Shown here piece after piece: positions 1 through 14,900 of a stretch of DNA of 64,000 nt. The notes under the pieces were generated by a model. It did not search any database and had not been told where the DNA came from. It was given only the letters and a program-made list of their open reading frames with translations. The first letter of the stretch is position 1, and the number at the start of each line of letters is the position of its first letter. The stretch lies in assembly GCF_009914755.1 (NCBI RefSeq), contig NC_060929.1. One strand, given 5' to 3'. This stretch comes from the human T2T-CHM13v2.0 reference genome, Homo sapiens. The translations under genes were made by a program, and so were the position numbers.

Positions 1-754
1 ATGAATAACCTTACTTTTAACAAACTCATTGTCCAGGACCAAAGCATTCACATATCATTAGATTATCTGATTCACCAGAATCATTTAAAAAAAAAAAAAA
101 AAACAAAAAACAAAAAACAAAAAGACCCATTTTCTTCTTCTGGATTACAACCCAGAAAAACTTGTCAGTAATCATTTATAGCTGTCTATCTTAGAAATCG
201 ATACAGATTATCCTATGATCAGTATAACTGCATTGCTTCTAAACCAGTTGAGCCTAGTAGCTGTGGTTGACTCTAAGGGAATTATTCTGCCTCATTCAGA
301 TATGATCTTAGCACATGTTTGTATTATTAATATTACCAGAATAGTTTTTCACTTCTCGGGTGGAAGAGCATTGAATCAAAAGAGATATAGACGTATTCAG
401 TGAAGTGTGGGAAGTAAATCTCCTGAGTCCCTGATCTAGCCAGTTACTCTTTTGCAAAAATAGATCAAGATATTTTGTATCTGGCATCACAAAGCATTTT
501 TGCTTCACTGTCACCCTTCAAGTTCTCACTCTATATCTCTTCTCCCGAATTCTTGCAATCTGTCCTGAATGCTGCTGCTAATTTTGAAAACCCACTTTTC
601 AGAACTTACCAGCTGTACCATTTAATAGGGTGCAAATTGTCTCATGCTATTTCACTGAGACAGTGTAGTAGAAAGTATCTTGTAGCTCACAGGGTATTTT
701 GCAATAGAATTTATTACATATATGCAATACACAAGTTATAACTGACCTTATACA

Positions 755-1620
<866 letters not shown>

Positions 1621-2099
1621 TGAATTCTTAAATAAGACAAGTGTGTATGCCCTGACTCCTCAGCAAAACTCTAAGCTCCTTGTGTTAAACATAATTTTTG
1701 TTGTGCTTATATCTTTCTTTGTTTCTAGCGAAATTCTATGTATATAGTAGGTGCTTGGAAAATTCTTGCCTTAAGAATGGATTAAGAATCCATCTCTACT
1801 TTAAAAATTCACTTGCACAATGCCGTCTCGACATAGTGAACAGGATATCTTTGGTAACGCTCTGTCATTTTTAACAACATGGAAATTACCACTTTGCTAA
1901 TCAACCCATGAACAAAAAAGTGTCTTGATGCTTCCCTTAGCAACCAAGTGCTCAGCAGTTTGCCCATCCAAAATCTTGTATTTTTGGTTCTTCAACATAG
2001 TAGCTTTTGATGTTTTAGATACTTTTAGGATTCATGAAAGTGGAAACAAGAAAATTCAGAAGAAGAATTTTATTTCATGTTTATTTTATTTTATTGTTT

Positions 2100-2360
2100 C
2101 TAATGATAATGACAGATTTCAGTTATTGAATACTTATTCTGTGGCAGTCACTCTTCTAAATAGTTTTGGGATATTTTCTTTTTTAAATTTTACGCAAAAT
2201 TAAGTAAGTTTTATGTAAAAATTAGGTTTTATTACTATCCCCTTTTAAAAATGAGAAGATTGTGGTGAAGATAGTTTAAGTGACTTGCCCAAGAGCAAAT
2301 AGCTAGAGGCAGTAGAGCTTCAAACCCAGCTTTTCTGACCCCAGAGCACATTCATAGGTG
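2100..2360 (-). mobile_element. MIR SINE
   Basis: attactatccccttttaaaaatgagaag...aagtgacttgcccaag core in reverse orientation. Confidence 0.7.
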
Positions 2361-4399
2361 ATCATTATAAAAAGTGAAGAGACAGGCAGGTTTAGCACTG
2401 CACAGTGGTCAAGTGTCTTCAAGCTTAATAGTATCACTTTATGAATTTCAAAGTACTCTGGGCAGGTGTCAGGGAGAAGAAAAAAATGAAAAGAAACAAA
2501 AGGAGAAAGAGAAATAAGTTTAAAACAAGAATATATGTTGTCACAGTAAGTGTGTAATAAATATTTTTGAATGAAGTGAAATATGAAAGACAAAAACAAA
2601 GGAGGATTTTATGGCAGGTGGTAGAAGATGGTGTTCAACCATGACTTTGGGTTCTATCTTTGGTACAGAAGAACTACAGACTTCAAGTATGATTGCTTTT
2701 CTAGGTTGCAGCTTCACTCATCCCTGGCTATATCTAGACTTGTTAACAAATTTATAAATCTTCACCCACTGATTTTTCTTTCTGGTTAGAATCAGCCCAA
2801 ATGACTTTTAGCTTCCTGAATACTTATTATCGTACGTCAAATACAGTATCAAAGAAAGAATAACTTAACTGTAAAACACCCTGTTTTTCTGATTCTAGCT
2901 CTGACATTCAACATCCTTGGAAAAATCAGTTGCTCTAGTGTATAGAATGTTTTCAAATTGCATGAGAGATTATGCCACAGTTGTATGTGATGAAAACAGT
3001 TTTTAATAATTTGATATGGACAGAATGATTAAAAAGCCCACTTGGCCTCTTCTTTCCTCATTGTTCTGTCTCTTTAAACTTGGATCCCTTTGGGTTGGCT
3101 GTAAGCAGTGGAAAAGAAATGCAGCCTATAGAATGAGCAGCAGGATATTGTGGAATATGGAAATCATTTCTATATTGTACAGGGAAATCTAATTACCTCT
3201 ATCGATCATTCATCCAGTCTTTCCTCTCTTCTGTTTTGTTGAGTGTTTGGTTGTATAATTGACATTATTAGAGCGTTAGTGCCTCCTTTCAAAAGGCCTG
3301 TGGTTTGCTGGCCATTAGCAATCTTGATAGACGTGTCAAGGACAGAAGACCTCCAAATGCAGTCAAATTTTCTTTACACAGTAGGGTGGCTGGCTGTCTC
3401 TAGTTAACTCATGTTTTCTGCAAGTGTTATTAGAATTATATCACTTCATATGCAAGCCCTCTATGTTTCAGCTGACTCTTAATTACCTAAGCTGGGGAAG
3501 TGATTCTTTTTCTAGACTTAGGAACAAAGATGAATAGCTTTATAGGCTTGTGAGATCTCTGTAAAATCTTTTATGATTTGTTAAAGATCAAGTACAGCAC
3601 TTTTAAGATTCTTTAGGACCTTGAGGTTGGGCTGGGTTGTTCAGAGATGGAAATAGAACCCTTGGCTTTTGTGTGGCAAGAGCAATGGAAATGACCAAAG
3701 GTTCAGTCTCTTGTCAAAAGTTTCAAACATGATTAAGCTTTTTGTGCTCATTATCTCAGAGTGACCTGCACCTGTTTAGTTGTTATCAGAAATATCATTT
3801 AAAACATCTAAAACTCTTCATTATCAACTCTTTATTTTTCAGGCCACTATAAGGAAACAACAAATATGATAATGCAAGGACTAGGTGGGGGTGGGAAATG
3901 AGGAGATCCAGGTTGGGGCTCAGGCTCTCCAGTAAGTGGCTCTGTGAGGCTGGGGAGGTCATTTCTCCTCTCCTGCCTTCACCTTCTGTTTCATAAGTTG
4001 GTTGGATTTGGGAGTTCAAACTTAAATGCCATTAGAGGCCTGGAAAAGAGTTTAAGACAAAAGACAGGAATTAGTTCTGTGGTCATTGGAGAGTGCATAT
4101 CAACCTGGCCTATAGATGTCACAGCCTTAAACACACTTAAAGATATCCTGGCACAGAATATACATCTATGACACTTTTTGGCCCATAATTGCCATTTTAC
4201 CACTCCCGTTTATATAATCTAAACTCCTCCCCTTCTTTAGGTATACATTTTCTGGCTCTACAAAAATATTCAAATAAAAAGAGGAAATGAAAGACCTAAA
4301 AGAAATGTCTTATAGTAAAGAAAAAAGAAACAAGTAAATCATGTGAGGATAAAAATTCACTTATTTTAGATAGAATAAAAAAAGACCAGGGTGTCATAG

Positions 4400-4700
4400 T
4401 TAAATCCAAGTTGACTGCGATGAGCCAGTGTGGGTAATAGTGCTGTGGGGAAAGGAAAGGACAGTGTGATCCTGAAGTGCAGCATGAAGCACATGTGACA
4501 TAGCAGCAATAAGTCATCTTTCTGCTGCACTTAGCTTTAGTCTGACTCTCATTCCAGGGGAGTCCAGATGTGGTCAGTGGCCCTTAAAAGGGATATGAAG
4601 AATCTGGGAAGCACCTAGAGGTTAAGGGAATGGGAAATTGTTTCTTCGGAGGAAAGCCTAAAAGAATTTGAATTGATCAGCCTGGAGAAGAGAAGGAAAG
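4400..4700 (+). mobile_element. L3/CR1 LINE fragment
   Basis: atgagccagtgtg...cttagctttagtctgactctc...cagcctggagaagagaagg resembles the CR1/L3 RT 3' region. Confidence 0.6.
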
Positions 4701-5474
4701 TATTTGGCTTAATTACGCTTCACAGACAGGTTGCATTTTTTCATTGAGGGTATAAAGCAGTTTCCTTTCTGTCTGTGAGTAAAAACATTATATGGAAGAA
4801 GTGAGTTCAAAGGAAAGTAATGGAGACATGATTGGGGATGAGGCAGAATAATGACTTGCACCGTCCAGTGGCAAAATGCTAGGGCGATCTACTGAGAGAT
4901 ATTGGAACATTTTGGTCCCAGGAGATCATCAAGTAGAGAAAAGGCAAGTGATTGATCTGTTTGTCCTGAAGGTAAGGAGGGACTACTGTGCACTGCAGGT
5001 CTGTCACTGTCTTGACTAATGTCATTATCATCATCCTTCTCATTAGCACCACCTTTTGGTTGCCTCCCTTAACCATAACAGGTAGATATCACAGAACACT
5101 AGGGCCAAAGGCCCTTTTGTGGTACTGGAAACAGAAACCTCGAAGCCACTGAGAATATCAAAATCTTTTTTTTTTTTTTTTTTTTTTTCTGAGTTGGCTT
5201 TCCTGGGCTTTTGCCTCATTTTCAGTCTCCTGGCTGCCTACTCTGTCTGATTCACCTGACATGTGGGACACTCCACATTTAGAGCTTCTTAGAGCAAGAG
5301 AGAAAACTGATTAAGGTTAAGACCCTCTCTTAACCTCAATCCCAAATTCCCAGGTGAGATTCTGTTATATCTTTTTTAGAGTGAGTGTTCACCTCAATCC
5401 AATGAACTGTTTCTTGGAGTAGGGTGGGAGTTACTTGGTTCAATGTTGATAGGAAGATCTACCAGCAAAGGTTG

Positions 5475-6203
<729 letters not shown>

Positions 6204-7179
6204 GATGGTCAGTGTAGCTCTTGGAGCAATGAGGTTTGTTGTGAGCCAACCAGATATCCTACAAAATCTGCTATTATCATTATCATGACCTACATCAACA
6301 ATAGTTGATGATTACACAGAGGTTTATGTAGCTACAGTCCTCCCATGCTCAGAGTTTATAAGTGGATCCAAGTATTGTACCGTTCTAGGGCTTGAGCAGA
6401 GAAGGTAACAGTTCGACTTCACTCCTAAATCATTCTGTATATTTTCTGTTGTGTACTTGCCTGGGCAAAAACTTTAGGGAAGGGAAAAGTCAAAGCAGTT
6501 TGCGTTTTTGCAACCCTGGCTGCTATGCTAGGAAAACTTACCAGAACAGTCTCTACTGTGAAACCTCCCTTCCCCACGACCCCCACTGCCTGCCCTGGCA
6601 GCAGCCCAGCCACTGCAAGAGTTGTTCTTCTCTTTCTGCTTCCCTGCCTTTGACTACCACTGGTGGAGCTAAGCTCAAGGGCCAGGAAGTACACATCCCA
6701 CTTTATGCCAGTGATGGCTTCTGAGACTGTCTTTATCATGCAGTGGGCTTTACAAACTCCTTGGCAGGTGTCAACCTATAAGGACTAAGTGACTTTCCCC
6801 TGGGCCTCATTGGCTCGCATTACCTCTTCAGTGCTCTGTTTGACTTGGGCTCTGAAGACCTAAGACCTACCTTGGGATCACCTGGTGGTGTAGAGAGGAC
6901 TGTGAGTGTTAGCAAATCTTACCTGCTAACTCTACCACCCCTCAGGATCTCTTTCATTGCTAACAAACCTTTCTAAATTCCTGAAAACAGGATTAGATAC
7001 TCCAGTTATTATTTATGGAGGTCAGAGTTTCTTCCTCCTGGGAACTTCGTTGCTGTACTGTGGGACAACACGTTCAAGTCCATAATTATTGTTAACACAT
7101 ACCAGAACCAAAGAAAAATTCTCTCTCCTCTGATCTCATCTGAACAGGTAATTGATTTATCCTGAAATAGTTTATGGCT

Positions 7180-7900
7180 TTCTACCACTTACAGAATGAG
7201 GCCCTAGTTTTTTTGTTGGTTACCCAAAGGTTTCTGATCTGACACTAGCCCACCTTTCTGGCCTTCTCCATACCTGCATGCCAGCTTCACAGGTCTTCTT
7301 GCTGCTGTTCAATCATTCCTACCCATGCCTTTGCTTTTCCAAGGTGCCCTTTCTTCTCATCCCCATCTCTCTAAATTCTATTCATCTTTGAAGGCCTAGC
7401 TCAAGTGTGATCTCCTCCATAGAAACTGCTAAAACTTGCAAATTGGAGTAATTCCTTCTCCTTGAGTTATCATCGTATAGTCTTTGTAACTCCATTAGAG
7501 CAGTGGCCTCGCTCACAGCAGCATTATCATCATTAAAAGTGTTTCAGTTGGAGTCCTCCACTAAACTTCTTGAGGACTGAGACAGCATCTTGCTTTCCTC
7601 CATACCCCCACCCTCAGCACCCATCTAGTGCTTTTAGAATAATAATGATCATTTATTGGGTATTCACTATGTGCCAAGCTGTATGCCAAGTGCTTAACAT
7701 ACATTATTTCATTTAGTAGTCAGTGTTTATCAAATGAAGTACTAAGGCTTGGTGGTTAAATAACTTCCCCAAGATTATACAGTTTGCAAATGGTGGAGAC
7801 AGAGTTTGAACCCATTTATCTCTGACTTTAAAGTCCATGCTTCTCATCACTAGTCTAGAATGCTGCCTCTAGGCACTCAGTATATGTATGCTGAATTGAT
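7180..7900 (+). mobile_element. L2 fragment with an embedded reverse MIR (~7640-7850)
   Basis: Pyrimidine-rich L2 body ending taggcactcagtatatgtatgctgaattga; the MIR shows atttattgggtattcactatgtgccaag and taacttccccaag. Confidence 0.6.
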
Positions 7901-9049
7901 TCAGATTACATAGCCATTTAATTTTAAGAATTTATGTACATTAAGGTGAGCTCATGGACTGTTGTTGCTGCTGCTGCCGCTGCTACTACTAACTTCTTTC
8001 TGAAATTCTTAGCCAAGAAGATTGCCTAATAGAGGCTCAGGGAGATTAAGAGCCCCAGAGTGTCATTAGGGATCAAGGTACATCGCTGATCTTGGCCCAG
8101 CCGTGTGGTAGCTGAACAAAGGTGATGTGTTGGATGCATTTGCCATGCTAAGGAAAGAACAGCCGAATGTTAACCAGCACATTAATCATGCTGACAGATG
8201 GTCTGCCTGGCTTGGGCTCTTAAACAGGCTCTTTCTATCTCACAAGCTTACTGCTGTGTACCTATTAGTTTGAAGGAAATAATATAAGATATGGGCTTGG
8301 TTGGGGTACCAGGGCAGCCTTATTAATAGCTAGAAGAAAAGAGGAGGCTCTCTGAAATTTTAATTGCCTTTATCTTAGCTTGCCCAGGACCTTGACCCTT
8401 TCTTTCTGTCATAGCAGCCCACTCCTGTTAGTACAGTTAAAATATATGCTCACATTCTGGTTCCACACCCAGGATGGTTACAGCTTCACACATAGCACTG
8501 AAAATGGCTACCGCCAACCAGTCAGGTAAGCGCTCATTCTGAGGTAATTTGCTGTCCCTTGAGCTTTATTTTCGTTGGCTCAGTGGGCAGATTCTAATTT
8601 GAACTGGGAAAAATTTAGCCCGCCTGAGGCGGGTGGGCAGGTGTTGATTTTTTTGTGACTGGGCTGCTTGAATTGCTAGGACATCCAGATATACCAGGCT
8701 GACATTACCTCAACAGGAAACTCAAGTTCCATTTTATGGGGATCTGGAGTCTTGATGAATCCCATCCTATGCTGGTTTGACTGACAGTGCCTTGACCTAT
8801 CATTTGTGGAGACATATGTCTATATGTTGTTATTGATATCTATATATCTGTTTGTCTGTCTGCATTGCTGAGGCCCACTAAACTTAATGGGCAAACCTAG
8901 TTAGACTCAAAGATAGATAAACCTGCCTCCATCCTCAGATTGTGGGGTGGGGTGGGGTAGGGTGGGTGCAAAACCCTTTTAATAAAATAATAGTGAAAGC
9001 AAAAGAGGACAAAGTGTGATGGCTTCTCCCTCCCTCCCACTTTTTTTTT

Positions 9050-9260
9050 TAATAGGGAAGAGTATTATATTGAGCACCTAGTCAGTGTTGAGCATGGGGT
9101 CTCATTCCTCACACGTGGGCTTTGAGATAGCTTTCATAGCCCCTTTTTATAGAAGAGAAGACTGAGAGCTGAGCAGGCAACAGAGCCAAAACCACACAGA
9201 TTGTTAAGTGGTGTGGTTGGGATCTAACACAAGCTAATTGGATCCTAATGCTCACCTACA
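9050..9260 (-). mobile_element. MIR SINE
   Basis: tattgagcaccta...cccctttttatagaagagaagactgag. Confidence 0.6.
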
Positions 9261-10271
9261 TCTGCTGTGATGAACTATCACATTTCTCATCACATTTCAC
9301 GCTGCCTTTTTTCTGAAACAAACCAATTAGCAGTGAGAAGAGGTGAAAGGTTAGACAGAATCAGTACTTTCTCCTTTGTTACTGTGTTTAATGGACAGCT
9401 CTGTGCCAAACTGCTCAAAGGACTTTATGCACTCTTAGAATACCCAAGTTTGAAACTCTTGATCAATATGTCCTACGACTCCAGGAGGAAGATAACTACT
9501 CAGAGTAACATTTTCTTGACTGGAGACCCAGGGCATTCATATCTCCTCCACATTTTTTTTTTTTTTCAGGCCGAAAAGATAATAGCAGTTCAAGGTCAAG
9601 CCAATTGCTTGTAAAACTCAGGCGGTGCAAAATGAGTTGACACATTCTTGGCATATTTGAATGAAGTCTTCATTGGTTGTTAATATTTGAGTCTTCCAAG
9701 CCTTGTGAGATTGGGAAATGGGCCAGGGCAATTTGTAATCCTAATGAGAGAGACCAGACAAACTTCTGTTACTGTTTTGGGCCAAATATTAGTATTCAAT
9801 CCCTTGGAGTTCTGGATACAGATGGCAGAATAGACCTCAAAGGCATAACTAGAGGCTACGTATCTGCTTAGCCAGTCCTAAAACAGTAGCTTCTTAAATA
9901 ACTCACACACTGGTCCTAAGTTCGAGAGACTCCCAAGACAATCCTATGAGAGATGGACCATTTTGGGACATTATTAGTTGGAGATACAGAGACACAGTTA
10001 CTTGAACGAATTCATTTCCTTGAGACTTACTGAGGAACAGGGAAGCAGAAGGGTGGGTGGGGGGACGGCAGCAAAATTTGTATACGGTGCAGTTTATTTT
10101 TAGTTTTACATGGTGTCATTGTGTATATTTAAAACATAATTTGTGAAATCTTTTTTGGTCTTTTATAATTTTTTTTCTTTCTTTCCAACTATGTTTTGTT
10201 TTAAGCCAGCAGAAACACAAGTTGTTTTTTTTTTTAAATACTGTGTTGCCTTAATGATTAAAACTAGATAT

Positions 10272-10716
10272 TATTCTCCTCTCTACCTCCATAAGATCCA
10301 CTTTTTTAGCTCCCACATATGAATGAGAATATGCAAAGTTTGCCTTTCTGTGTCTGGCTTATTTCACTTAACATAATGACCTCCAATTCCATCCATGTTG
10401 CTACAAATGACAGGATTTCATTTTTTATACGGTTGAATAGTATACCACTGTGTATGTGTACCACATTTTCTTTATACAATCATTGTGTTGATGGCACTTA
10501 TGTTTATTCCATATTTTTGCTATTGTGAATAGTGCTGCAATTAGCATGTGAGTGCAGGTGTCCCTTTGATATACTGATTTCTTTCCCTTTGGACAAATAC
10601 CCAGTAGTAGGATTGCCAGATTGTATGGTAGCTCTATTTTTAGCTATTTTGAAAACTCTCCACACTGTTTTCTATAGTGGCTATGCTAATTTACATCCCT
10701 ACCAACAAGGTATGAG
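10272..10716 (-). mobile_element. L1MA-type LINE fragment (ORF2 end / 3' UTR)
   Basis: tgtgtctggcttatttcacttaacataatgacctcc...ccatccatgttgctacaaatgacagg matches L1MA. Confidence 0.85.
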
Positions 10717-11339
10717 TTTATTATACAACCTATGTATGCAAGAAAATATAACATATGTAAAATATTATATATTTTTTTTGATATATATATATTTTTTGAT
10801 CAATAATATTAATCAAAAATAAAACCCAAACAACCTAGATAATAAAGTCTGATTCATGATTTATTTCTCAAACATACAGAGCTGTTCTATAAGCTTAGAG
10901 CTCATTGAGTTGGCACTATTTTTTTTCTGCTTCTCACTTTATGTAGCTGTGAGGGGTTAATTCTTAATTGGCTGGTGAGAAAGGAAAATTACCCAAACTG
11001 AAATTCACTGACAGACCTCAGGGTTCTGTTTACTTCTTCCCACCTTTGTTTCTGTTGCCACTCAATGCTCATTCCCATCAGGCAGCTCTGAGGAGCGGGA
11101 AAATACATTATCCGCAGTGCTAAGGTTCACTCTTCCTCATGGGACTGCAGTAATAATTTTTTAAAGAGTAGTGTAGGTTGGATTGTGCTAGATTTCCTAA
11201 TGCCCATTGAAGTCTGACCTTTACCACTCAAACCAATCATGGTAATTCCATCTCCTTTACCATCTCTTTGCTTTAGGTGTGTACAGGCTAGACCAATTTG
11301 GTCTCTAAGATTTGCTTGAAGCTCTTGAGATACCAGTCC

Positions 11340-11590
11340 CTCTGAGACTCAATTGTCCCACTTATAAAGTGGAGACGAGTTAATGGGTGCAGCAAACTAA
11401 CAGGGCACATGTATACATATGTAACAAACCTGCACATTGTGCACAAGTACTGTAGAAATTAAAGTATAGTAAAAACAAAGTGGAGACAATAGTAGTAGTA
11501 TCTAACTTATTGATTGTTGTGAAGATTATGTGAGTCATTACTTAGTAAATACCTGGCATACAGCAGCACTCAGTGAAAGGATAATTATTA
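11340..11590 (+). mobile_element. MIR hosting a small L1 insertion
   Basis: ctctgagactcaattg...ataaagtggagac resumes after the insert as aatagtagtagtatctaac...gtgaagatt. Confidence 0.65.
11377..11476 (+). mobile_element. Extremely 5'-truncated L1PA 3' end (100 bp)
   Basis: gagttaatgggtgcagca...gtaacaaacctgcacattgtgcac...aaagtata; perfect 11-bp TSD aaagtggagac at 11366-11376 and 11477-11487. Confidence 0.92.
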
Positions 11591-11609
11591 TTCTTTAAAA
11601 TTTGTCCAA

Positions 11610-11900
11610 CTTTTGATCCAGGCACTCTACTTCTAGGAAGTATGCTGAAAACGTAATTAGAAATAGATGCAAAGATATATAGATATAGATATCAAGAGGT
11701 GTTTATTACACTATTACTTATCATAGGAACCCTAATTATCCAAGAATATGGGAATGGTTAACAATGAAGTCTTTACCTCAAAGAATACTCTGAAGCCATT
11801 ACAAATTATGTGGTAGAATTTTATTTAGTGAAATGAAAAGCAGTTTATGATATATTCTGTCATAAACAGCAGATTGTTTTCCATAAATACAACTACAAAT
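11610..11900 (+). mobile_element. Old L1M(E) 3' fragment
   Basis: ttttgatccaggcactctacttctaggaag...gaatactctgaagccatt. Confidence 0.6.
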
Positions 11901-14900
11901 AAAAATATAAATACAGGTATATGAAGTCAGGCAAAATACCTACCAAAAGTAGCAAAACGATACTTTATAATATTACAGACTTTTAAACACTCTACCATAC
12001 ACAGTTAACTGTACTTTTTAATCTAGGAAAAATACCTATATTAGAGAAGGAAATAAAATCATCTCTAATGTTTCTAACAAAAAGTTAATGAATATTCTGG
12101 AGAAATAACTTTCAAATCTTAAAAGGTGATTTCTTTTTTTTTTCTATTACTAAGTGTTTTAAAACTTCTTCCCTCTGAACATTGTTAAAGCCATTTGCTC
12201 CAGATTTCCTCTGAGACTCTTTTTTAGCTCCATTCAGCAAACATTTATGAAAGGCCCTGTAGGTGCCGGGCACTTTGCTAGATGGCTCACAAACACATAT
12301 GCAGACTGCTCTCTTAGAATAAAGACTGCTCCGAATTATCCCAAATCAAAGAAATAGGAAATACATTTGACTTGGGTGGCCCTCTTGACATGGGTAGGAA
12401 CTGGAGATTCTGTTTATACGTGTTACTCTGCCGTACAGACCATGGCACACAGACCGTGCAGGACAAGTGCTTGGCCCCATTAGTAATGTCCATGAGCCTT
12501 TATCCTTGGCATTCATCACTCTGATTAAACATATACAGTTGGAGGAAAAATAAAAGTGACTTCCAATGCAGCTTCAAGATAAGCTCCCTACCTCCCTTCT
12601 AATCTGATGGCTGTCCCTAAGCCCCTCCTATATAGAAATTCTGGAGCTGCCTGTACTTGTGGAAGGAAGCCAAGTCTATTTTAAATTAACTTAAAATAAA
12701 TGAAGAATTTAACTGAAGTAAAGTAGTTAAGTATATAAATTCAGTTTGTTCACTACAAGCATGTGGTCTCAAAACTGAATGCCACTTGCAGTCTAATTTT
12801 TTAGAATGAGCACATAAAAAAGGAGAAGAGGAAATTCTTTCTTGATTTTGCTCTTCTTCAAATGAGAAGGTGTCTGCCACAAAGAAAAATGTAAAATAAT
12901 GTATCGTTGGCAAAGTGCTAGAGGAACCTCCACTGGAAAAGGGTGTGAAGGGTTCCTTTTTATCCCTTTCCCTCGCACTTCTCATGGTATTTGGAATGGT
13001 GTTGAAACTCCCTGTAAAAATACAATGGCAACATTCTGTAAGGGGAAGTGACAAGGTGAAGAAAACTTGTTTGATTCTTAAGAAAAGCTGTCACATAAAT
13101 GTCTCCTAAATAGTCTCTAAGGAAAGTTTTTAATAACTATATCTCCGCTAATCGCCTTGAGTTGAAAAGTGTAGGTAGGAAACGAAGAGTGGTAGTGGTA
13201 GTAAAAGATGGAAAAAACCAAACGAAGAGTGAAGAAAAAAGTTATTAAAAGCATAGCAGTATAGTTGCAACCTATATTCAGGGCATTTTTAGGATATGGA
13301 GAAAGGTTGATGAACATTATTTAAATTGGCAGTAAAAGTGAGTAGGAATGTTTTGGGGTTTTGTTTTATATGACTGTGATATGAGAGATCAGTATAAAAC
13401 AAAAAGCAGAAATGTCAAATATATTAAGTTAAAAAAGCACACTAGCATTAATGGGTCAGATTCATATAGCATCCATCTCCTGCTAGACATAACCAGCCAT
13501 TCACAAAGATCTGAACTTTTGCCAGCTTCAGTTTTCTGCCAAACACACCCTGTTTGCAGCACTTTATAGATGAGCACTTTCACTGTGACCAGACATCTTG
13601 GAGCCCCTGTTTCATGAATAACCCTTAGACTGTCACCTGTGATTGGACATGAAAATACTAAAATATTGTAAGGTTTTTTTATCAGAGAGTAGATTAAAGT
13701 TTAGAGTTTAGAAAGTGCAGCTACAATTTTTTTAAAACTGTGAGAACAGAGCAACTGATTCAGATTTACGATGCTTTTTCTTTAATTTAATGGCACTTAA
13801 GATGTAGTTAAATTTTATAAACAGTACTACTCTCCTCTGCTTATAAACCATGGGGTGATGTTTGCCTTCTTTACAATTATGCCTTCATTACAGTGATGAG
13901 CTGACAATTTCTGGGATAAAATTTATATACATGGGTAGTCAATCTGGAATATCCAGAGCCCCTTAAATACTTTTGCTCTTAGTAGTAGTTGCAGTGGTGT
14001 TATCAGTATTAACAATACTAGTATTAGTAGTAGTAATAGTACTTATTAAGCCTGCAGCATGCCAGGCACTGTCAATTATTTTCACATTGAAAAGAATCTG
14101 GATTTAGTATATATTATCATTGATGAATATACCAGTATTATTTCTGCATTTTGGAGATCAGAAACTGAGGTTTAAAGAGGTCATTTAATTTAAGACCATA
14201 CAGTGGTAACTAGTGGATTTGACTTAGAAAGTCTACTATGAGGCACTATATAGCTAAACCCTATTTACAAGAATCACACAACAGAATGGAATTGTTTGAA
14301 TAATTTCCTCCTCACTTTCATTTCACTTAGAACAAAAGAGGCTTGACAATTAGCAGGTTTATTAACCAATGCACGAGATCAATACAAATATTATAACCAT
14401 ACCCCAAAGTATTTGGGTGGTAATGGAAGTACATTGTTCTTTTTTTAATTTTTATTTTGTGACTGAGAGATATGAATTCCTTGGAACATTGGGGAATGCT
14501 CTGCCACAGCAAATTGAGATAAAGCGTAACTGTCTTGGGAGTAATGAAAGCTCAGGCAGGGGAAATTTCTCACAAAATGAGTTCCTAGGCTGTATCATTT
14601 GCTGTTCATGGAGTCTACATGCTTGGCAAGAAACTACAAAAGTGTATGTTCTTCTCCAGTTTAGGAGAGGTTGGTCAGGTAGCCCAGTAATAAAACTGTG
14701 GCTGAAGGCTGGCTCACAAACGCAGAGAGTGTCCTGTGTCCAGACCTCTGTTTATCATCCAGCTTTTCAGGATTTTTTGGGGGTAGGCAGGGAGGACTGG
14801 AGGATGGTAGGATGTCAGGATTATGTATAAAAGGAATCCAGCTATGTTCTTCTCTTAGTTATACTTCCTTAAAAATAGGGACTTCATTATTTTATTTGAA

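Noticed and set aside
87-123. A-rich tract as an orphan retroposition tail (similar tracts at ~5166, ~26877, ~28689)
   Set aside because: No flanking TSD or upstream retro-sequence visible; treated as simple repeats.
4910-4980. Possible 50-nt exon ending AAG|GTAAGG
   Set aside because: Weak pyrimidine tract; insufficient support.
9545-9575. Strong-looking acceptor (T14-CAG)
   Set aside because: No good donor at exon distance; T runs before AG are common.
14369-14830. 153-aa ORF
   Set aside because: No recognisable domain, random-like composition and no supporting gene structure; within chance for 64 kb.
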